From the IMG/VR virus record IMGVR_UViG_3300020046_005360: DNA of 64,000 nucleotides. One strand, given 5' to 3'. Shown here one piece after another: positions 58,421 to 64,000 of the stretch. Positions within the stretch are counted from its first letter, which is position 1; the number at the start of each line of letters is the position of its first letter. The position numbers and the translations under genes are program-made. Under the pieces are notes generated by a model. It worked only from the letters and a program-made list of their open reading frames with translations, had not been told where the DNA came from and ran no database searches. Origin of the DNA: a virus (taxonomy: Duplodnaviria > Caudoviricetes).

Positions 58421-61201
58421 TTAGCCTAATAACCAGGTTAAGTCTTCTACACCCCCATGTCCATCTTGCATGCGATATGGATTTTGTTCATATGGATTAT
58501 TATATACAGCAGGAGTAGCATAATTTACACTTGTGAAACCATTTAATACTGCTCTCGATAATTCTTCACTTTGTTTTTGATACATTAGTGTTGTTTCTCT
58601 CAAGAATAAAAATATTCCAATAGGTAAAACTAAGTCATCATTATGACCTTGTTGTGCTTGTGGTCTACCATTTTTATATATAAATGTTCTAATCTCTTCT
58701 AATGCACGTTTTGAAAATATATCAACTGAATATTCGTTCATATACGAAATTAGTTTTGAGATGACAAGTGGTCTTGTCTTTTGGGTCATAGAAAATCCAG
58801 GAACCATACCTACATTACTATTATACTTAGATAAATATTGCTCCGAATCAATAGGGTTGTCTATTTTTGGAGAATAATATAAGTTTTTATATTCTTTGTC
58901 TATCATTCTACCTACAACGTCCCATCCTATACTTGCATTTTCGATAACACACAAAGCGTTATTCCATTCAACACAAGCTGCATGTATAACATTAGCAAAA
59001 TCTTTAGTAGGTAATTGAGATTTAAATTCAGCTACTTGACGACATAATTCTATATCAAAAACATGGAATGTAGAACTGTCTGCTCCATCTCCACGAGCAA
59101 CATCGGCAATAAGTGCGTAAGATCGAGAATAATCAGGTATTTCAAATATCCAATATTCTCCATTTAACCCTCTACGTTCAAGAGGTTCTCGTGCTATATT
59201 TTTAGTATAATAATTTAATACATCAGTATCGATGACCGATTCACCACTCGTGATGAAATCTGCGTCACAATTATGTACTATACCATACTCTGTTACATAA
59301 GTGTGTGTATTTTCAACTTCAAAATTATATACTTGTATTTTTTCTGATGAAGGATTTAATTGTAATATAGTTAATGGAATCCCATTATCAATCATAAATT
59401 TAGTAGTCTTTCTATTATTAACTACTGTATTATAATTTTTTATTCTCTTACTAAATATTTTTTCATTCGAATCAATCTTAGTATTACTATAAGTTAATAT
59501 AGTACTATTTTTACATTGATATTCTTTTCCTAATATAATATTAGTACCTTCTTTTTTATTTATTGATATTGTTGTATTATATAACCCCAACAAATTACTT
59601 ATATATAAAGAATCATACACTAGTCTTTCAGATGTTAAACCTAATTTACAATTGTAATCAGATTTTAACATTCCATCTCCAACCATTATACCATCAAGTA
59701 TACCTTTTAGAGTTTCTTTATTACTATTTTCCCATACAAAAGAACTTATATGTTTATCTTGACAATATTTTCCTCCATCAATACATAACTCTATGAATTT
59801 AAGAAATATTTGGTTTTTAACATATAAATTAGCTCCTTTATCTCGTTTACTAAGGTAATGAGAAAATATACTTATATTAAACTTTTTATTAATATAATTT
59901 TGTAATATTAAAGGCCATGAATGTTCTTCACTCTCTGTTTCTCCATTATACGAAAATGAAACTACATTATTCCAATAACTACCTTCAGATAAAAAACAAC
60001 CTATAATAAAACCTAATTCATAATCAAATTCTATATGTCGATGTACGTAAGATTTTTTATTAATCCAAATTGATTCATCATTAGATTTTAGAGGAAAATA
60101 TTGTGGATTATTAACTTTGATATAATCTAATAAATCTATTTTGGAAGGATTATCATACTGATTTATGTTAGTTGGAAATAACTGTATATATTGATTATGA
60201 TCATATATACTTTCAACTGTAGTCCATTTATTAACAATGTTTAAGAAAGGATGATTACCTGTTGTATATTTTTGAATATTATTAATCCCATTTTTGATTT
60301 CATATAAATTGTTTTCCTCTATATGATTAAATGTTTTTAATACCTTATTAAAAGTTCCATCATGACTTAATACTATATCTCCTTCTTGGATGTCTTTAAT
60401 ATATTTAGGTCCTAATTTTGTATACACAATTGTATCTCCTGAGAAACATTCTTGTGCTGCATGTTTTACACCTAAATCTCTATCTTGTTGGTCTCTCCAA
60501 GTTTGGTCTCGTTCTGGATGGACAGTCCAAGGAAGTAAAAGTGGAACAAAACTGTTTAATTTCTCTTGTGCTTTGGTAAATTCTTTATAAAACCAATTAC
60601 CCGTTCCATTTGGTGATGATAATGCGATACAAGAACCCCCAGTAGCTAGGGTTTGTTGAGCACCAGTAAAGATTCTTTCAATATTATCAATAAATGCGGC
60701 CTCATCTATTACAAGTAAAGTAACGGCTTCAGATCTTGATGCATTATCAGTTGCGGGTTTAGCTTGTATTTGAGAACCGTTTACTAACTTAAGTAATAAT
60801 TTATTATTCTCTGTATCTTTTAATCTTAACCAAGATGGAAGTTGATCGTATGAAAATCGTACTTTAGTAATTAAGTTTTTCGCTGTATCTTGCGTAGTAG
60901 CTAATACAAGAATATTCTTATCCTTATGGAATAACATTAACCAAAGTGAGAAAGCAGAAACTAGGGTTGATATACCTAGCTGCCTCGATTTATTAATTAT
61001 ACTCCACTCCCCCTTTTGAAAACGCCTTAATAGTGTTTCTTGGAATGGATATAGATTAAATAACATCCTACCTCGTTGTGGATGTTGTATATAATAATAT
61101 TTTTTACAGAAGTATACAGGGTCACTGGCACATTTATAAAATTCGTCTTTAACTAATTCCTTAAATGATTTTTGTGGTATTATATTTTCTTCTTGTGCCA
61201 T
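58421..61201 (-). CDS. large terminase (gp17-like) with intein
   Basis: LYPFQ, KSRQLGIST, IDEAAF, SSPNG, ADVARG, HNDDL. Confidence 0.96.
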   Translation of the reverse strand: MAQEENIIPQKSFKELVKDEFYKCASDPVYFCKKYYYIQHPQRGRMLFNLYPFQETLLRRFQKGEWSIINKSRQLGISTLVSAFSLWLMLFHKDKNILVLATTQDTAKNLITKVRFSYDQLPSWLRLKDTENNKLLLKLVNGSQIQAKPATDNASRSEAVTLLVIDEAAFIDNIERIFTGAQQTLATGGSCIALSSPNGTGNWFYKEFTKAQEKLNSFVPLLLPWTVHPERDQTWRDQQDRDLGVKHAAQECFSGDTIVYTKLGPKYIKDIQEGDIVLSHDGTFNKVLKTFNHIEENNLYEIKNGINNIQKYTTGNHPFLNIVNKWTTVESIYDHNQYIQLFPTNINQYDNPSKIDLLDYIKVNNPQYFPLKSNDESIWINKKSYVHRHIEFDYELGFIIGCFLSEGSYWNNVVSFSYNGETESEEHSWPLILQNYINKKFNISIFSHYLSKRDKGANLYVKNQIFLKFIELCIDGGKYCQDKHISSFVWENSNKETLKGILDGIMVGDGMLKSDYNCKLGLTSERLVYDSLYISNLLGLYNTTISINKKEGTNIILGKEYQCKNSTILTYSNTKIDSNEKIFSKRIKNYNTVVNNRKTTKFMIDNGIPLTILQLNPSSEKIQVYNFEVENTHTYVTEYGIVHNCDADFITSGESVIDTDVLNYYTKNIAREPLERRGLNGEYWIFEIPDYSRSYALIADVARGDGADSSTFHVFDIELCRQVAEFKSQLPTKDFANVIHAACVEWNNALCVIENASIGWDVVGRMIDKEYKNLYYSPKIDNPIDSEQYLSKYNSNVGMVPGFSMTQKTRPLVISKLISYMNEYSVDIFSKRALEEIRTFIYKNGRPQAQQGHNDDLVLPIGIFLFLRETTLMYQKQSEELSRAVLNGFTSVNYATPAVYNNPYEQNPYRMQDGHGGVEDLTWLLG
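59270..60448 (-). mobile_element. intein (393 aa) with LAGLIDADG endonuclease
   Basis: AQE|CFSGDT ... VYNFEVE..HTY..VHN|CDADF; GCFLSEG and GIMVGDG blocks. Confidence 0.93.
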
Positions 61202-62097
61202 TACTCTTTATATTTTTCTATTCTATAATTATTATATTTACCATCTATGGAATTAATACAACGTTTAATATTCCATTCACTAATACCTAAACTTCTAATA
61301 TCTTTTAAATTTTTGAATATATGTATATTATTTTCTATATAAACTTTATAACCACATTTTCTTTTTATCTTTGGTATATTATTGTTTTTATCATAAATAT
61401 CATTAGCGTATGCAAATCTAAAATTTTTTATTTTTTGATATTTTCCAGTACAACAATCTCCAATTCCACTAGATCCTATACCTAACTCATTACTAGCTTC
61501 TGTAGTTGAGTTAAATTTTTTAATAAAATTCCAATCTAAATCAAATTGAATTACTTCATTACTAGATTTACCTGTTAATATATAATCACATTCCAAAGGA
61601 TCATTTGAATGTCTCCAAATAAAATCTCCACTAGTCTTATAAATTTTATTACAACAATTAGCTATATTACCTCTATCTATTTTTAATTTAATAGAAGCAT
61701 CTAATATACTCTCCCATTCTTTAATAAAATTACCTTCTAAATCATATTGTAATACAGGTTTATTTCTTTTTCCAATATTATTTTCCTTTATAATATTTTT
61801 AGTTAATTCAGAATGAAATTCAGGACCGCTTCCACCTTTCTTTCTAACATTCATTATTTCAAATCCTAAAAATCTAAAATAATTAATCCAAAATGTTTCT
61901 AGAGGTTCCCAGTCTTCACGACTTAGAGAGTTAACTTCATCTATGTAATCATAATTTATATTTTGACCATAAGTTTTCTTATGATCATTTTTTCTTGAAC
62001 CTTTTGTTTTACCTATATAAATTTTATTTGGATTACCAAAACAATTTGTAACTAGGTAAATTTTTGTAATTTGAGAGGAAGATGTTATATTTATCAT
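61201..62097 (-). CDS. GIY-YIG homing endonuclease with NUMOD1 repeats
   Basis: KIYLVTN..YIGKT; QYDLEGNFIKEW. Confidence 0.85.
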   Translation of the reverse strand: MINITSSSQITKIYLVTNCFGNPNKIYIGKTKGSRKNDHKKTYGQNINYDYIDEVNSLSREDWEPLETFWINYFRFLGFEIMNVRKKGGSGPEFHSELTKNIIKENNIGKRNKPVLQYDLEGNFIKEWESILDASIKLKIDRGNIANCCNKIYKTSGDFIWRHSNDPLECDYILTGKSSNEVIQFDLDWNFIKKFNSTTEASNELGIGSSGIGDCCTGKYQKIKNFRFAYANDIYDKNNNIPKIKRKCGYKVYIENNIHIFKNLKDIRSLGISEWNIKRCINSIDGKYNNYRIEKYKE

Positions 62098-62121
62098 CGT
62101 GATATTATTATTGTTAGCACG

Positions 62122-62164
62122 TATAAATATTACTTCCTTAAGCCTCTATTCAGAGGCTTTATTT
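62122..62164 (-). repeat. shared left end of GIY-YIG element, copy 3
   Basis: Same hairpin plus promoter as 7551 and 21401. Confidence 0.9.
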
Positions 62165-62216
62165 GTTTTACTAACTCTTTAAACGATAAGGTGGGTTGAT
62201 TTTGATTTTCTTCCAT
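62130..62216 (-). pseudogene. orphan 5' end of the terminase gene
   Basis: MEENQNQPTLSFKELVK.. vs terminase MAQEENIIPQKSFKELVK. Confidence 0.7.
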
Positions 62217-62217
62217 A

Positions 62218-62622
62218 TTATAATTTTGTAATTAAAAATATAGAAATAGCTGTAGTAACTAAAGTGGTTGTAAACCAGAAAGTTTTTTTAATATTGGCTT
62301 GTTTAATTTGTTTTTTAAATAAAGACTCGTTACTTTTATATGCTTCTTTCTGAATAGAATCGTTTTTAATTATAAATTGATTATTTTCATCTAATTTTTT
62401 ATAACCAAATATTAAACTATCTTTTTCAGATAATTTATTTTCATATAAATCTATTTGAGAATAGAGGTATGTTTTTTCAGCCTCGCATTTATCTCCTTTT
62501 AATAAATCTTTATATATAAGTCTAACAGTATTAGTTGGGAACGACATTTTTGTCGTATCTACTTGTGACAGACTTGAAAAGCTTATCATAAGAATAGGTA
62601 TCAACATCATTAATTTCTTCAT
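62218..62622 (-). CDS. secreted/membrane coiled-coil protein (spanin-like partner)
   Basis: Signal peptide, coiled coil, C-terminal TM; overlaps the upstream gene. Confidence 0.45.
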   Translation of the reverse strand: MKKLMMLIPILMISFSSLSQVDTTKMSFPTNTVRLIYKDLLKGDKCEAEKTYLYSQIDLYENKLSEKDSLIFGYKKLDENNQFIIKNDSIQKEAYKSNESLFKKQIKQANIKKTFWFTTTLVTTAISIFLITKL

Positions 62623-62953
62623 TGAATTTTTTATTTAAGTTATACCATTTTTGAGTATTATCGTATAATTTATTATCTATAACATTAATATTACTTTCGA
62701 ATGTACTAAACTTATTTCGTATATCCAAATTTGCTTTAGATATAGAATCGTTTTGTTTTTGTACGTATTCTATTTTGTTTTTATTTTCTTCGAGTTGAGA
62801 TTTAAAATCATTTTGTTTAATTAAACCATATATAATTACGAAAAATAAAAATATAATTATAGAACCGAATATTGCTCGTTCTTTTGAGAACCAAGAAACT
62901 CCCCCGTTAGGAGGAGTTATCTGTTTTTGTATGTCGTAAGGCATATTATCCAA
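62531..62953 (-). CDS. N-terminal TM coiled-coil protein (i-spanin-like)
   Basis: Single TM followed by coiled coil. Confidence 0.45.
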   Translation of the reverse strand: MDNMPYDIQKQITPPNGGVSWFSKERAIFGSIIIFLFFVIIYGLIKQNDFKSQLEENKNKIEYVQKQNDSISKANLDIRNKFSTFESNINVIDNKLYDNTQKWYNLNKKFNEEINDVDTYSYDKLFKSVTSRYDKNVVPN

Positions 62954-63623
62954 TTATAGATGAAACTAGACTACGGATAGTAGGAACAGTTAATGCTTTT
63001 ACTACTTTTGGTTTAGAAATGAATTGTTTTAAAGCACTCATATCAACAGATTTTGCTCTATCTCTTGGATCAAGGGCTTCAATTTTATCTACTTTTTTAG
63101 TGATAATATTTTTAAAAGCATTTGCTTGTTCAATATTAGTATCTTGAGCACCTAATCCAGCACTAGCATTTTTAATATCACGTGCAGAAGGTTCTATTTC
63201 TAGTTCATCATCTTCTTCTGGAGTATTCCAAGCATCAATAATATCTTCTTCACCTTCATCCTCACCTTCTGGTTCAATAATTGAAGATAATTTTGCTGCA
63301 GCTCCTGTAGAAACTTCAGAATCTATATCTTGTTTAGCATCTGTACTACCACCAGGTTTTCTACCTCTAGATCCTACTTCTCTTTCACCTTTTTGTGCAG
63401 CGATAAATTTATTTAATTGATTATCATATAAATCTTCACCGTCTAAAGCATCTAATACTGAGGTATCTGCTCTGATTAGTTTTTTAAGTGGTAATCCATT
63501 AACTTCTGGATTGTCTGTTATTACTTTTTCAATAGCTGTTTTTAGGTCACCCTGAATTTTAGCCATTTCATCTAATTCTGTATTTTCTTTTAATAGGAAG
63601 TTTCTTGAGCTTGCAATATCCAT
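62946..63623 (-). CDS. acidic putative internal head protein (MDIASSRNFLLKE leader)
   Basis: Leader like 29541..29825; LxE sites; RGRKP. Confidence 0.5.
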   Translation of the reverse strand: MDIASSRNFLLKENTELDEMAKIQGDLKTAIEKVITDNPEVNGLPLKKLIRADTSVLDALDGEDLYDNQLNKFIAAQKGEREVGSRGRKPGGSTDAKQDIDSEVSTGAAAKLSSIIEPEGEDEGEEDIIDAWNTPEEDDELEIEPSARDIKNASAGLGAQDTNIEQANAFKNIITKKVDKIEALDPRDRAKSVDMSALKQFISKPKVVKALTVPTIRSLVSSIIG

Positions 63624-63698
63624 TTATTTGTTGTTTTTATTTGTTGTTTTAAGTATATAAATACTAAATTGTTAATTTAGTCTTGTTCGATATAAATA

Positions 63699-64000
63699 TT
63701 AAAGGTTGATTATTTCTAGCAATTGTTTAACTCTTCTTGGTTTGATATAATTAATTATAAGATCATAGTATTCTTTTTCCACAGGATGGCAATAACTAGC
63801 TGCTTTATTTCTATTATCTTCAGTAAATAAAGGTTGTAAGTTTCTTAAATCATTAATTAATATTAGAGGAGTATCTAATTTAAACCATGTTATAGGGATT
63901 TTATGATCTATTTCAATAGTATTCCAATTCATATTTTCTATAAATAAGTTTTCTATATAATCCTTTATGATTTTATATTCTTCTTTACCATGACCATTTT
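63699..64000 (-). CDS. HNH endonuclease, 3' part (truncated by the window edge)
   Basis: EIDHKIPI...NLQPL..DN.NK. Confidence 0.75.
   Translation of the reverse strand, partial: NGHGKEEYKIIKDYIENLFIENMNWNTIEIDHKIPITWFKLDTPLILINDLRNLQPLFTEDNRNKAASYCHPVEKEYYDLIINYIKPRRVKQLLEIINL

Noticed and set aside
60100-60130. DYIKVNNP inside the terminase intein (and KQVNNP in the sheath)
   Set aside because: It lacks the preceding (I/L)xE site and sits within a folded domain, so it is treated as chance in Asn/Lys/Ile-rich proteins.
62218-62953. Canonical Rz/Rz1 spanin pair
   Set aside because: The second gene lacks a lipobox Cys, so it is kept only as a low-confidence spanin-like call.
1-64000. Stop-codon reassignment as seen in some large phages
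   Set aside because: Core genes are full length in the standard code, and TAG and TAA are used as real stops.
1-64000. tRNA genes, group I introns, reverse transcriptase/DGR
   Set aside because: None recognised by eye. Intergenic gaps are short, and thyA, nrdJ and MCP appear uninterrupted.

Overview
Segment of a large, AT-rich, lytic T4-like myophage genome. The host is probably a Bacteroidetes/Flavobacteriaceae bacterium: there are no Shine-Dalgarno sites, start contexts are A-rich, and TTTG-N19-TAnnTTT promoters occur. Nearly all genes lie on the minus strand. In transcription order (right to left): intein-containing terminase, portal, head accessory proteins, prohead protease, scaffold, major capsid, PhoH, neck/tail-terminator genes, fibre-like proteins, sheath, tube, frameshifting tail chaperone, tape measure and baseplate; then a short PolA, SSB, RecA/UvsX, 5'-3' exonuclease, DnaB helicase, class II RNR and a lysis cassette; then a 7-deazaguanine DNA-modification cluster (queD, TGT/DpdA-like, queC, Ntn amidotransferase, folE, queE) with thyA. 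About 11 homing-type endonucleases are interspersed. The most striking unexplained signal is a protein-level cassette system. Eleven unrelated small domains in 7 ORFs each begin with a motif close to (I/L)xE|IKVNNP, and four of these ORFs start with RLQ(Q/E)LAGI, which copies the C-terminus of the capsid scaffold. This suggests modular, protease-released, capsid-packaged cargo. Other highlights are endonuclease insertions that leave diverged orphan copies of host-gene termini, a kissing-loop RNA in an HNH leader, and a late-promoter motif inverted relative to T4. All product calls come from motif recognition by eye; no database searches were run.
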